Of a stretch of 64,000 nt of DNA, positions 38,121 through 50,640 are shown piece by piece. The notes below the pieces were generated by a model. It had not been told where the DNA came from. It saw only the letters and a list, made by a program, of their open reading frames with translations, and did not search any database. Position 1 is the first letter of the stretch. The number at the start of each line of letters is the position of its first letter. The translations under genes were made by a program, and so were the position numbers. Origin of the DNA: Prorocentrum cordatum (lineage: Eukaryota); assembly GCA_963575745.1 (NCBI GenBank), contig CAUYUJ010000003.1:1116001-1180000 (forward strand). The letters run 5' to 3'.

Positions 38121-40300
38121 ATGGCCCCCAAAAAGAAGAAGTCGCCCGAAGAGATCGAGGCGCAGAAAAAGAAGGCCAAAGAGCGCAGGGCCGCGAACGC
38201 GGACCACGAAAACGAGATGCAACGATTGAGGAACGTTGCCGCCCTATAGTTACACGGGCATATATCTATCATATCATATATGTCGCAGTCAAGTGTCTGG
38301 CTCTCCAGCGACGAAGCGGTGAGGGGTGGAGGAATGGATAGGGAAACGGGAGGGGAGGACGGCGCTGGCAAAGGAGAAGGATGAGGTTCAGAGAGAGTAC
38401 AAGCTGCAGGGCCACAGCGGCCTCAAGAGGTGGCTCAAGAAGTTCCAGGAGACAGGCCGCCGCGAGCAGGGGACGGAGGGATTTGTGTGGCATACATATA
38501 CATAAATATATGTATGTATGTATGCATACATGGATACATACATACATACATGCATGTATGCATGTATGCATGTATGCATATATACATACATACATACATA
38601 CATACACACATACATACACACATACATACATACATACATACATACATTCATACATACATACATACATACATACATACATACACACACACCCATCTGTATA
38701 TGTATGCATGTATATATATATATATGTATATACACATCTCATCCTCCTTCTCATCTGTGCCACCTCCTTTGTCCTAGCTAGGCGGTCCCTGCTCATCCTC
38801 CTTTGTCCGCCTCCTCCCTCGAACCCCCTATCCTGCTCGAGGGGCTCGCCCTCGGGACCCCGATCCTCGACCGATCCCCAGCAACTCACGGGAGGCAATT
38901 TCGAGTGGGCCGAGAGCAACAAAATCGAGAAGGAAACCATGCGCAATCGCAACATGAAGGAGTTATTATGGATGTCATCTGATGACCTCCTCGCTCACTT
39001 TAAGTGGACGGAGGAGAACCAGCACACGCAGTGGGGACAAAGGACATCTTTGTTTGAGTTGATGGAGTGGTTCATTGTGTTTTAGTGCTTGAGTTCACTG
39101 ATTGGTTGATTTGTCCATGGTCGTTAGTGCTTTAGTTCATTGATTGGTTGATTGGTCATTGTGCTTCAGTGTTCTACTTCATTGATTGGTTGATTGGATC
39201 ATTCTGCTTTAGTGCTTTAGTTCATTGATTGGTTCATTGTGCTTTAGTGCTTTCGTGCTCCAGTTCATTGATTGATTGATTGATCAGGGAGGAATGAGGA
39301 GGAGGCGGCGAGGAGGAGGAGGAGGAGGAGGAGGAGGGGGAGGGGGATGAAGAGAAGGAGGAGGAGGGGGAGGAGGAAGAGGAGGAGGAGGATGAGGAGG
39401 AGACGGAGGATGATGAGGATTGATGCACGCTTGAACTCTCCAATCCCTCTCGCTTAATCGGCCTCCAGGGCTTGGCTCCGCGCGGAGAACGTGAAGAAGC
39501 ACTGCATGGCCATGAAGAAGACCCACACCAAGGTGGGGGGAAGGGAGGGGTATATGTCGAACGAGTTATCTCCAGGGGTATCGAGATAGGATTTGGAGCA
39601 GCGGGGGATGGAGAAGGGGGTCGATGACGGAAGGACGGAGGGAAAGGGGCATGGAGGGCAGGAGGACGAGGAGCTCCAGGGATTGATCACATAAAAAAGG
39701 GACTGGGCAGCGCGACGAGCAGACTGGCGAGCTGTTGTACAAGCGCGTGAACTTGAAAGATTTCGAAGAGAAGGACGCCTCATCGGTGTTGAGCTCGTTA
39801 GTGCCACGTTGTTCACATCGAGTGGCATGGCGTCGAGTCTGGTACGTCGTGGCACGCGCTGCTGCTATACATATGTGTGTGTGTGTGTTGGCCATGAGTG
39901 TGTATGCTTGGGTGTGTGTGTTTGTATGTGTGTTTGTGTTAGTGTTTGTGTTTGCGTTCGTGTTTGTGTGTGTGTGTGTGTTTGTGTGCGTGTGTTCGGT
40001 GCTTGCGTCACACGTTCCACGCATGTAGCGTTGTTGCGCTGTTGCTTTGCATTCTAACGCATCGGCGCCGCAGGACAAGGAGAAGACCATCCAGACGAAG
40101 ATGGGGAGTGGGAAGCGCCGCCTCGATCCGTCGACGTCGGCTGCCGCGTCGGGGTCGGGTTTGAAGGCCGCGAAGGCTTTTGGATGAGATATCGATCATC
40201 AGATCCCTCGGATCCGAGGGATCCGATGAAGGGGGATGCTGATGGGAGGGAGGGGGAGGCTGGGGACGACGTCGCCCTCGTCGCCGTCGTACGACGGCGA

Positions 40301-40343
<43 letters not shown>

Positions 40344-41576
40344 TGGGAAGGGGGAGGGACGTACGATGGAAGGGCAAGGCAGGGGGGCTGGGCGCCCCCG
40401 GTTGCTCGTCCAAGTCGGGGGTCTGGAGTCGGGAGTTTGGTCATCGCCGCCCAAGGCAGAGTCGTCGTATGGATCCACCTCGAGCGAGGATCACAGCAGC
40501 AACGAGTCGGAGGCGAGCGAGAGCGAGGAGGATCGACGGCCAGATCCTAATGAACACCTCGCTCCACCAGATCCCGATCCCCGATCGTCTGATCCAGCGG
40601 TGAGGTCGGATCTGTCCTGGTTCTGCGTGTGCTCGGCCATCCCTCCCAGGAAGAGGAGACAGCCAAGAAAATCTTGGCCAGCTCGAGTGCCAAGAACTCG
40701 GCCCCGCTGAAGATAGCCCTGGGAGATGTGACGAATTACGAGGCGCTGCTTACTGGCCTCGACGTGGGGGTCGGGGAGAGCAGCGCTGCAATTCCAAGTT
40801 AACCCAAACGTTTGGTTGCAGATGTCGAGCGTCGTCGACGGCCGATGCACCTGGGCAATCGCTCGAGCGGGCGATCCATCCATGAGGGTAGGAGGAAGAT
40901 GAGAGGAGTAGGGTCGGAGGGTAGGAGGGAGGAGGAAGATGAGAGGAGTGCAAGAGGGTAGGAGGGAGATAAGAGGAGTGCACCCTCGAGGGACAATGGG
41001 CTGCATGGACGGCTGGGTCGAGGATCGGCGAGGGGAGGTGAGCACTTACCAGTTCCTGAAGCCCTTCCAGAACGAGATCTCCAGCAGCATCAAGAGCCTC
41101 GAGACGTGGTCCAAGACCATCAAGTCAGCCATACAAGGGAGGTCAATGGGCATAGGGGATCGACGTGGAGGGATAAAGGGAACGAGGCAGGAGGAAACTT
41201 TTAGGATGCAGATTGTGGATGGTAGCAAGTAAAGGCCGATCGAGTAAGTCAAGAGGCGGCTGGAGGGCACGATGAGGAGGAGGAGGGCACAATGAGGAGA
41301 AGGATAATGAGGAATAGTAGGATGAGGATGCGGATTGAGGATAAGGGGGTAAGGACGAGGATGAGGATGAGGAGGGGGAGGATCGTGATGCCATCGACAG
41401 GGGAAATGCAGTTGGCTGCATGTGATCGCGATTCCCGCTGGCGAGCCAGGTCGACGATCAGCGCCGATGAGTACAAGGAGCTCGACGCGAGCATCGAGGA
41501 GGCAAAAAGGGTGTGGGAGCTCGTGTCTCCAGTGATGACGTCGGTTGCGGCCTTGCAGAAGCATGCCCAGAAGTGA
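38121..41576 (+). CDS. Multi-exon gene of unknown function; N-terminal MAPKKKK (NLS-like), helical/coiled protein
   Basis: Exons 38121-38230, 38358-~38451, ~38882-39031, ~39470-39532, ~39710-39773, ~40074-40103, ~40456-40512, ~40650-40763, ~41035-41137 and ~41450-41576 (TGA). The first junction was checked in frame (QRLR/TALAKEK, AG|GA...AG|G); the others are approximate. Confidence 0.6.
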
Positions 41577-42414
41577 CTTGCTGTGCAGTAGTCTCTCCTG
41601 GGGGCTGGCTTCACGTGCTTACGTTTCAGGTGCGGTTGTCTGTATTATTGTGTGTAATCGGGTGCATCATGAACACCATCATGCTTGTTTCATGTCTGAG
41701 GGGAACTCCACTGAACGGGGGCCCTCAAGCTAGGCATGGTTCATGTCACATGTGTTAGTTTCAGGTGTAGTGATGTCTCATTGTGTTTGGTTGCAGTGCA
41801 GTTGCCAATTTGTTCAACGCACGTGTCATCATGAATAACCTTGTGGTCGTATCACGTGCGGAGCTCTGGGATCAGGGATGCGAGTGGCCAGCATCTTCAC
41901 TACTCCAACTCGTGTTTGCCGATCGCGTGTCCAGCGATTGTGCGCAAGTGTGGACAATAGCACGTATCTATTGCCCTGGGGTCGCTTAGACTACGGCACG
42001 CGCTAGTGCATGCGCGTGCGCGGGGAGTTGCCCCCCTGCATCGTTGGCGGTACCGCCCGCGCGACGCTCGAGAGAAATGCGTGGTCGAGTTAAGTGCGGG
42101 AGGCAGCAGCTTGAGGCAAAGCTCGATCGACTGAGCGATGTGTTAGTTGTTTGACGGCGGCGGCGACGACGACGCCATCAGCGATGATCAGAAGTGACAA
42201 GGTCACGTGCATGCACGTGCAACGCCCCATGTGCAGGAAAGTAGCTTTCGCTCAGGCTTCCAGTGCGCCTTCGGGTATTCATAATCTCAATTGCACCTTC
42301 GGGTATTCATACATATATACATCTACCTTCATATTGTGCAAAATCCAGCTTACACCTTCGGGTTTTCATATGCCTTCGGGCCTCTTGTTCTTGCGTGCCC
42401 TCGGGGTCGTTCTG

Positions 42415-44818
42415 ATGGCAGGGAGGGCAGCAGCAGCACGACTCGATGTGGAGCTTAACCCCAGTGGGGCACGATCGTGTGGCGACGAGGGTGGCATAGA
42501 GGAGAACGATAACGGCGTAGGGCTGCGACGCTACTTGCTTACCAAGTACAAAGAGGGACGCATGACAGCAGTAGATATCACGAGTATCGCGTTTCACGCT
42601 ATGCGGGGTGGATCGTCTGGGGTGGGGGACTTGGCCCTCGACCCCCAGAAGAGCGCACATGCGGCAGAACACGTTCGGGAAGCACTGCAGGTACGATCCC
42701 AATGTAAATTCTACTACACCGATCTCCCCGCATGGGACAGTGAACGGAATTGTCGCGTGCACATCCGCTTCCCCGTGAACCTCCCCCACGAGCAATGGGC
42801 ACACTCATGGGCCGAGGATCCGCGTCAGTGGGACCCGCTCTCTTTCTCCTTGGACGAATGGCCAGTGGGCTTTGCAGACAACGAGGCGGGTGAAGGAAAC
42901 AAATTGGGCCGACGCACCCGCGAAAAGCAGGCCCCCGATGGGCCCTAAAAACTTCGGCTCCCGCGGGCCCCATGGACCCCTAGCTGGGTCTACGCGTTCG
43001 CGGGTGCAGTCGGGCATTTTGTTTTCCCTATAAGGTTGTGCGAGAGGCCCCAGACAGAACGACGTCCATTGGTTTCTTTTCCGATGGGGTACCTTGGAGT
43101 AAGAAAGATACGTTTGTGATATACTACATGTCCAACACGTTTACCAAGAAGCGGTACATGTTATGCTGTATACGTAAACAAGACACATGCAAGTGTGGAT
43201 GCCACGGCCACTGCAGCTTTGGACAAATATCTCGTGTTCTTAAGTGGAGTTTCAACAGCCTCGCAGAAGGCACGTGGCCTTCTCTCAACCACCAGGGCCT
43301 CCCACTGGATGCAGACAGGGAAATGTACAGGGGTTTGCCCCTCGCGGATGGATGGAGAGCGGCCTTGACTGAAATCAGATGTGACTTGCTCGAGCTGACC
43401 TCTGCGTTTGGCTTTAAAACATGGCAGAATGCCACGAACCCGTGCTCTTTCTGCACCGTGCGCAAGGCACGGATGTTCGAACACCCACAGACTTTCGAGG
43501 CGATCACTTGGAGAAAGAAAGACAAGACCGTTTACCAAGAGATGGTTGATGCGTGCCTGAAGAACGTGCGTGTTGAGAATAGAACCGTGCTTCGAGAGCT
43601 TTTGAGATGCATGAGGGTGGATCCTGACTATGGCGGTTTCGCCTTGTGGAAGAACTTCCCAGCCCTTGGGCTCAAAACTGGGTTCCGCGTGGTGGAAAAC
43701 GAGGCCGTCAACGACGTCCACAAACTCTCGGAGATCGACTTGCCCGCCAACCTCATATTCTTCGATGCGAAGAACTCCAACGGTCTCGACCTCGTAGCAC
43801 CCTTGCTCACGGTCAAGGGCGTGTCCGTAGACACGCTGCATGTGGACGCCATGCACGTCATGGATCTTGGAGTTACACAGTACGTCATCGGAGCAGTATT
43901 TTGGCAGTTGGTAAAGAACAATTTCTCGCAATCGGTCAGGCGCAGGGTGGCCCTGCGGCTGCACGACAGCCTGTTGCATTTACGCAGACGCATGAAGGCA
44001 TTTTACATATCGATCGGCGCCAACAGGAAAGACTCCAACAAGAGCAGCATAAGGCACATCTCCATGCAAATGTTTAAACCGCCCAAGGCGAGCGGCAAAC
44101 CCAGACTCAAGGCAAAGGCCGCTGAAACTCGCAATTTAGTTGCGCTTCTACCGCAATTGTGTAATGAGAGCTACGCTTTTTTAGGCCCACGGAAGCAGCA
44201 TCTGAAGGATGCGTGTGGTTTCTTGCACAACGTTTACACAGCTCAAGACGGTGAACCCCGTCAGATGAACCAAGCTGCAGCAGATAGCTTCCATTGACAA
44301 GTTCGGAATTTGCATGAAGCCCCACCCAGTGGATCAACACCACTGTCCTCGTAAGCCGCGCTTTTTGCTGGATCTGCTGATCGAAATTCATCTCGTGCGC
44401 CACGTCTTTGCTGGGTTAAGGTTCGGAATCATATATGAATATATATACTCCCTTCCCCTCTTCTCCCTCCCCCCCATCCTCAGTCCTCTCTCCCTGCCCG
44501 TCTTCCCTCCTCGATCCCTCCGCCTCCCTCCCCTCTGGACCCCCTCTGGGTGGGCGCATGCACTGTCCTTCCTTGTCCCAGACGAACATGTTGCAATTTC
44601 TGCAGGCGTGGACGAAATACAGAGGCCACCAAGTGTATAAATTCCACGTGGCCATTCACTTGGCCGAGCAGGTCGTTGCGAAGGGAAACCCCAGGGCGTA
44701 CTGGACGTACCCTGACGAGGCGGAGAACCGCCTCATGAAGACGGTGGCCATGTCCCTTCACGGCGGAGGCACATTTTATGTTAGGTTCCTTGAGAAGGTC
44801 ATCCCTGAGATCCTGTGA
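42415..44818 (+). CDS. CMC-superfamily (CACTA/EnSpm/Mirage-like) DDE transposase, three exons
   Basis: Exon 1 ends at 42885. The GC-AG intron 42886-43034 gives an in-frame DNE/VVREAP join. Exon 2 runs to ~44290 and exon 3 spans ~44582-44818. Motifs: FSDGVP, CKCGCHGHC, RCDL, PCSFC, DAMHVMDLG, KAKAAETR, KFHVAIH, GNPRAYWTYPDE. The second donor is unclear, and the start may be 42370. Confidence 0.7.
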
Positions 44819-46721
44819 TCTCAGGGAGCCTTCGAGAAGAACCTCGCGTAAAATGGGCCGCAATCTGCCGCGATAACATGGCCACCGTCTTCGTGGGGCG
44901 GTTCGTCGCGTCGTTCGGGTGGTCCGGTACGTCCTGCAGATGTGGTTATGATTTTGTTTATCATACGTGCGCACATGACAATTATGATCATGGAGTCTTG
45001 TTCGTGTGGGCTGATGTGGTTTCCCTTCGCGACCCTGCGGCCGCGCGCAGGCTGGCGTAGAGCAGGGTATCCTGGTACGAGTATATATACATACTACAAC
45101 GTACATGCGCATGTGCGTACGTGTGTACATATATATATATATGTATAGATACACATATATAAGTATGTATGGCTTACCCTGCCTGCCAATGATGTTCTTG
45201 CCTGCTCGCCTGCGTCGCGGCTTGCGGCCGCAGACATGTTCCAGGCATGTGGGGACTTTCGGCAGGAGCGAGAAAGGGAACACGATCTTGTTTTCATTAT
45301 TGTCCCTCCTCACTCGATCCCCCTCCATCCTGCCCGCCTCTTCCTTCCTTTCTCTCCTCCTCCAGGGAAGGCCAGCATGGCTGCTTCGAGCCACCTCCTT
45401 GACCTGGCGCCTTCCCTCCTGCAGCCCACGCACGGCATGGATATCAGCCGTCCTCTTCCGATGGTCCTCGTCCTCGCCCTCGTCCTCGTCGTTGTCGTCG
45501 TCGTCGTCCTGGGGGAGGCGGAGGAGTGGAGGATGTCGAGTATGATACGGTGCGTGTGTGCGTGTAGCGTGTATATGGAGGAGGAGTCGGAGGATCCCCT
45601 CATCCTCGTCGTCGTCGTCCTCGGACCCCAACATTCTCTCAAGCAGCCCAAGCGGCCCAGCGGGGCCCCACCACAATGCCCAGCCGATCTGCGGCAGTGG
45701 AGAGCGGGGAGCCCATATTCTGAAACTTGCGGCCCATATTTGTTGTTCGGGGGCTTTGGGGCCCTGGGGCCCTCGGCACCTCCCTGGCGGTGGGCCCCTG
45801 AATTGCCTGGTTAACTGGACTGCACTTGCAACCCGTGATGGTGATCGGATCTGGTGGGAGGACAGCGAGCCCTGGGATATCCAGGCTCACTGGTCGATCA
45901 CAGTGGACGTCCTCGCTTGGGTTTTTTCCGCCTGACGTTCAGGGGCCAGCCCTCCTCCCCATCATCCCCCCCGCAACCGCAACTCCATCGCCCCTCGATC
46001 GAGGACCTTCCTATTGTGTGCGCCGTGCACGCTATATGTCGGCGCAAGTGTATGAAGCCCGCAGGGAGAATGTGAGGTTCACCATCCTACTTGCTCCTCC
46101 TTCGGCCCTTTTCGGCAGGAGCGAGAAAGGGAGCACGATCTTGTTTTCATTATTGTCCATCCTCCCTCGATCCCCCTCCATCCTGCCCGCACCGATCGGC
46201 CGTGCGTGGGTCCGACGCTGGAGGTTTCGCTCGGGCGCCCGCTATTTCTATCTCCTCCTCTTCCTCCTCCTCCTCCTCCTCCTCCTCCTCCTCCTTCTCC
46301 TCCTCCTCCTTCTCACCACAAATTTGGCTCAGCCCGTATAGGCATGGCGCCGCGCGTGGATTCGAGGCCCTACCTGGTAGCAGAGCTCTACGAAATAAGT
46401 CTCTGCAGAAGCTTCGAACTGAACAGCTCGCTGAATTCAACAACTTTCGCGTTCTCAGTGTCTCAATTTTTTGTCAAAGAATTGTTTTTTCTCGGACGTT
46501 GTGATTTAAAATCATGACGCTGCAAGACGTCTTGAAAAAACTGTGACCGTCTGGGGTCTGGGACTTCGCATGTCTGCCCACACCCTCGTGTGGCATGCTG
46601 TCGACAGCGAAGACCGCGACCTCCTTGGCGTTGCACTCGGTGGCCCGGGACCGTTGGCTCCCTCGCGGCCGGGGCTTAGGATGCGGGCCAGGCAGGGTGG
46701 TTCCCGAAGGGGGTCCCAGGG

Positions 46722-46889
46722 TGTGAAAGCGATGTTGCTTGCATGCGTGCGCTTGACCCTCGTCTCACCCAAGCCTCCTCCGTATGATATGATGGCTTAC
46801 CAGGGCCCTTGAGCTATAGGCGTTATCCGAAAACGCTCGCTAGCACACATTGCCATACGTAGCATCGCATCTGGAGTTGCATCTTCACA
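46722..46889 (+). repeat. 5' LTR of Copia (168 bp)
   Basis: TG...CA with 6-bp inverted termini. Matches 55661-55782. Confidence 0.9.
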
Positions 46890-46890
46890 T

Positions 46891-46908
46891 TGGCAACGGA
46901 GCAGTTCG
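46891..46908 (+). promoter_or_regulatory. Candidate primer-binding site
   Basis: TGGCAACGGAGCAGTTCG begins 1 nt after the 5' LTR. TGG is complementary to the tRNA CCA end. The cognate tRNA was not identified. Confidence 0.55.
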
Positions 46909-47072
46909 ACCCGCGGACTGCAGAGCTCGTGGCATCGAGTGGCTGAGTGGATTGCCCGCTATCAGGTGGATTGACAACCACCAAGCATCTGATCAAACTG
47001 ATGCTGGAGTGCACACAGCTGGACGCCCACGTGTTTCTGAAGTACTAGAAAGTGTTCCAGTTATCCAGACAG

Positions 47073-48730
47073 ATGGCGCCGAAAGCGACGCCAGATGATG
47101 ACGAAGCCGGGGCCAATACAGGTTCCAGCTACACAGTGAGAGTGCCAAGTTTCGACCACCCAGACGATGACAATCAAGGATTTCCAGCGCCGAGTGGCAG
47201 TATTCAAGATACGCACGCGAGTGCGAATGGAGAAACAGGAAGCAGAGTTGCACGGTGAGCTCAAGGGAGACGCCTGGGCTAATGCAGAAGATCTCGACCC
47301 GACAACGCTGCAGGAAGAAGATGGTGTTCAAACGCTGCTCGATTTCCTCGCCGATAAGTTCGATGATGAAAAATGTTGGAGCTGGAGACATGACTCACCA
47401 GGATGCGACGTGAAGCTGGAGAGGAGATGAGAAGTTACATCAATAGGTTTAGCACGTAAGTTTTGATATTGGAGACGTTGAGCATTGAATTCCCCGACCA
47501 AGCGCTGGCGTGGCTGTTTTCATGTGGTGGTCAGGCCTTCTGCCCGACCGAGAAGCTGGAGCTCTCAATGCCAACCAAAACAAGTATGTCTCAAGCCGTT
47601 GCAGAAACAAACGCTACTCAACGTGAAAGACGTGAAGGCCCTGGACTGCAACAACCCGAGAAGACCGCCGCCACCGCAAGCAGCTCACTCAGCATCAAGA
47701 CCTACTGGGAGTCGCCCGCCGCAGAGACGATGCGGAGCTCGCATGACCGAGCAAGAGGCGGACGACGAAGCTGCTGACAACGAGGCGCTTGAGACCGAGG
47801 CCGACGCGGAGGACCTTCCAGAGGAATTACTCGAGGAGCGAGACGAAGCGGAGGCCGAGGGTTTCAAGTTGGAGAAGATGCTTGCCATAGCCAAAGATCG
47901 ACAACGAGATGCCGAACACACTCGAGGATTTTACCATCGTGAACGCTTGCCGGGATCCGACAAGGGCGGCTCTGGCAAAGGACGAGGTTCAGGAGGCGGC
48001 AAGGGCAACGGGCGCATCGAGAAGCTGAAGGCACGAACATATTGCGCAGTTTGTCATAAGCTTGGACACTGGAAGGGAGATCCCGAGTGCCCTGGTCCGC
48101 CAAAGAAAACACATATGACTTCAGGATATGACTTTAGGGGACAGTGACGGTCAGCACGAAGAAGGAGATCGTCCTACCGAAGGTTGTTTCACTACGGCCA
48201 TGAGCTGCAGCGCCAAGGAGCAGCAGATCGCCAAGCAAAGTTCCTTTATACATCCGAGGCCCGCCCACGACAACTACCCGATGATGAATGTGGTCATGGC
48301 CTCGAAGGAGGAACTACTACAACAATGTGGTGGAAAGATTTTGCCATATTCCTGTTGTGCTAAGGCCGTTGGAGGCCAATCTGATGATATTAAGAACCGT
48401 TTCGCCAAGTTGGGATTGAAGCCGATCGAGATCGCCGAATGAGAGATGTTTCGATTTGGAGCTGGACACCCAGTTGCAAGCACATTCGCCGCTCTCATTT
48501 CCCTCGCCGTTGGAAGGACGGCATTTCACGCTGAGGATTTCTATTGTGCCATGACTGGTGCCGGGATTGCTATCTCAACGCGCGCTGGGACATTTGGGAG
48601 CTGTACACGACCATGGCGAGGGAGCCGGCGAGAGTACCATGACTTTCAGGAAGCTCGGAGTGCAGCGACTGGAGTTGGGCCAGATCAAGAGCGGTCACCC
48701 GAGCTTCAATGTGCTTGAGTTCGGCAAGGC
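47073..48730 (+). pseudogene. gag: Copia gag (zinc knuckle) and aspartic protease remnants
   Basis: ELKGDAW...DGVQTLLDFL. CAVCHKLGHWKGDPEC at 48043-48090. Protease-like ILPYSCCAKAVGG (degenerate D[ST]G), FRFGAG and PGLLSQRAL. Confidence 0.75.
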
Positions 48731-50004
48731 ACGACTTTTCTCAGTAGCTCCAGACATGAGCCCCAACCAGACAGAGATCAGGCTGCTTCCGCCTTCATAA
48801 AGGTGGTGGAAGGTGCTGGAAAAGGAAAGCCATCAACATCAGGATCACCATAACATGCATCATGCGAGTCAAACCGAACCCGAAGAGCGATGCGATCAAG
48901 CACGAGCTCAAAATCAAGAACCCGAAGAGCGAAACGATCAAGTACAAGAAAACACAGTCTCAAGACCAGCACGGAGCCCAAACAGAACAAACAGCATGGG
49001 CAACAATCGACGGCTCAAGTGAACTTAGAGAATGGGACGTCCTCGACCCGAGATGCCAGCAATTGCCGTCCTCTCATGGATTCAAAATTGGGACATCTTG
49101 GACGTGGGCACCAACAAGCGCTACAACACGGCCTCCCCAGTACGCTGGAAGCGCCTGTTTCAGACGATGTACACAGCGGTGGTGATGGCAAAGGATACGG
49201 CCGTGGGGCTGATCTTTCACAGTGGACGCCGCTACGGGGAGAGCATCATGAAGGGCAAGACCGAGCGAGAACCCCGGGCACCGCGTCGTCTGCTGCCGCT
49301 GGGCAACATTGTCAAGGCGGAGCTTCAGGACTAGATGGAGGACAACGAGTTGGAGTTTCCAGGGTTTAAACTGCCGGGAGATGCGAGTCCTTCTCAACGA
49401 GAAGAGGACTCAGAACGGCCAGATCAAGAAGAAGCACTCGGCGGCGGACCCCGACCTAAAGGGAATCTCCAAGATAACGCGCGCGGAGCTCACCGCTCTG
49501 GCCAAAAAGAAACGTATCAATGTCACAGAGGGCATGCTCCTGGACAACTTCATCTGCTTGCTTCAGGGACAAGTTCCGAAATCGATCACGAAGGACGAGC
49601 TGAAGGAGGAAGAAGCGCTGCGGCAGCTTTCGACTACGAAGGATGCTTCAAGGGCTACTCGCTAACGCCCAAGAGGCCTCCGTGGTCAGGCCAAGCAGGG
49701 CGATCAAGGATTTCCCGAGCTCAGCCGCCTCCGAGAAGGACAGGGACTCGATCAGCGACGAGGTCCTTGTCGCCGAAGACAAAGTAATGGCGGAGGACCA
49801 GCCGTGGGCGGTGATCGCTCCAAGCGGGAAGAGGAAAATGAAGCCAGGCCAGACCAAGCGCTTCAAGGACATGATTGGCAAGGCCCTGATGTTCCTCACG
49901 TGGCAGACGGCGTTCCTCGGAACATTTCTGCTTAAGCCTCTCTTCATAGAGGGCAAGGCCATCGTTCAGGACATGCGCGACGTCGTCAACATCAAGGCAG
50001 AGAT

Positions 50005-50640
50005 ACGTTATGACCTGATGCAGACGTTCGCGGGCGAGGCCCTCCTGCCCAATGAGTTCTGTCGAGCAGGCTTGAAGGTATGCGAACCCACAGACCAACG
50101 GTACAACTACGACCTGCGCAAAATCCCGACCGATACAACAATATGAGTACGCACCATGCATGCAAATCCCGGCTCGTAAAGCTGTAGTTTCCGTGTACGC
50201 TCTGAACGCAGCTTGCCAGAGTCAACTACCGAGGCGAATGCCGACGGCAAGAGTTAAGGAGAAAGAGGCTACGTGACAAGCCGTTGCTTGACTTCGTGGA
50301 GGAGATGAGTACGCTACGGCTGGGCAACAAGAGCGACATCCTCGTCGAGAACCCTCGGGAATCAGAATCTTTCAAGCAACCGCAATTCCTACATGTGATG
50401 AACCATCCGAGAGTCAAGGAGGTGAGAGTTGACATGTGCTGCTTCAATCCACGACATCCGAGAACGGGAGGCAAGGTTCGAAAGGCGATCAAGCTCCTAG
50501 TACCGAGCGATTCGTACGTCAAGAAGCTGAGCAGAAGGTGCGACAGTGAACATCAACATGATCACTTGGAAGGATCTGACCATACGCGACTGGCGGGAAG
50601 ATATACGAAGGAGTTCGCGGGGGCAGTTCGGGTGGCTTGC
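50005..50640 (+). pseudogene. C5-cytosine DNA methyltransferase domain inside Copia pol
   Basis: Motif I-like DLMQTFAG, catalytic FPC (PC at 50191-50196, flanked by two stops), motif VI ENP (50347-50355), VDMCCF, and RRCDSEHQHDHLEG...AGRYT. Confidence 0.75.

Noticed and set aside
38431..38439. TGGCTCAAG as a spliced-leader relic
   Set aside because: It lies within a coding exon (W-L-K codons).
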